Below are positions 25,307 through 25,615 of a stretch of 25,615 nucleotides of DNA, in pieces. A model generated the notes under the pieces. The model was not told where the DNA came from and searched no databases. It worked only from the letters and a program-made list of their open reading frames with translations. A program made the position numbers and the translations under genes. Source of the stretch: Okeania sp. (lineage in GTDB: Bacteria > Cyanobacteriota > Cyanobacteriia > Cyanobacteriales > Microcoleaceae). How positions within the stretch are numbered: the stretch's first letter is position 1; every line of letters starts with the position of its first letter. The stretch spans positions 1 to 25,615 of the forward strand of contig NZ_JAYKGW010000112.1 of the NCBI RefSeq assembly GCF_035285525.1, given 5' to 3'.

Positions 25307-25470
25307 GAAAGATTAATTAATAATTAATAATTAATCATGGATAATTAATCATGGATAATTGATAATGAAAACTATCTCTAATTATCAATTATCCATTGGT
25401 AAGTTAATCTAGTACTGTATTGTTTCACCTAAAACTGTGCATTAGCTTTTAACTTGAAAATTCTGACTTT

Positions 25471-25615
25471 TAACTGTTGAATGAAAATCTCTGACTTAGG
25501 AATTCTTATTTTTAACTGTTGAATGAAAATCTGTGACTTAGGAATTCTTATTTTTAACTGTTGAATGAAAATCTGTGACTTAGGAATTCTTATTTTTAAC
25601 TGTTGAATGAAAATC
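25471..25615. repeat. 42-bp tandem repeat, at least 3.4 units, running off the window end
   Basis: Units start at 25471, 25513, 25555 and 25597. The unit is TAACTGTTGAATGAAAATCT(C/G)TGACTTAGGAATTCTTATTTT. A degenerate partial unit lies just upstream at about 25450-25470. Confidence 0.95.

Noticed and set aside
25471-25615. Possible CRISPR array, given the regular 42-bp periodicity at the window end
   Set aside because: The units are contiguous and near-identical with no intervening spacers, so this is a plain tandem repeat.

Overview
This is an AT-rich cyanobacterial chromosome segment. HIP1 GCGATCGC sites are scattered through it, and heptanucleotide STRR-type arrays of the kind known from heterocystous and related cyanobacteria fill nearly every intergenic gap. 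The housekeeping genes are all on the + strand: pterin-4a-carbinolamine dehydratase, lnt, two paralogous ABC substrate-binding lipoproteins, a Cache-HAMP histidine kinase, purF, ubiX, a LapA-like membrane protein, trpB and a double CAP/SCP-domain lipoprotein. Two accessory islets interrupt them. Islet 1 (about 10.7-15.1 kb, between purF and ubiX) holds an orphan 541-aa protein with a glycine-zipper segment. It also holds a graveyard of toxin-antitoxin genes, including a vapC split by nested miniature elements. Islet 2 (about 18.1-23.8 kb, between trpB and the CAP gene) holds a two-fold internally duplicated 513-aa orphan protein with serine-less ACP-like modules. That gene lies head-to-head with a single-chain MmeI-family (type IIL/IIG) restriction-modification gene whose promoter and nuclease N-terminus are tandemly duplicated. 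Tandem duplication of gene edges recurs across the window: the lnt 5' end, a stub of a third SBP copy, the purF 3' end, the MmeI 5' end and the CAP domain. Both window edges carry tandem repeats that read as reiterated mini-ORFs. I saw no rRNA, tRNA or CRISPR array. All homology calls come from reading motifs in the supplied translations, and no database search was run.
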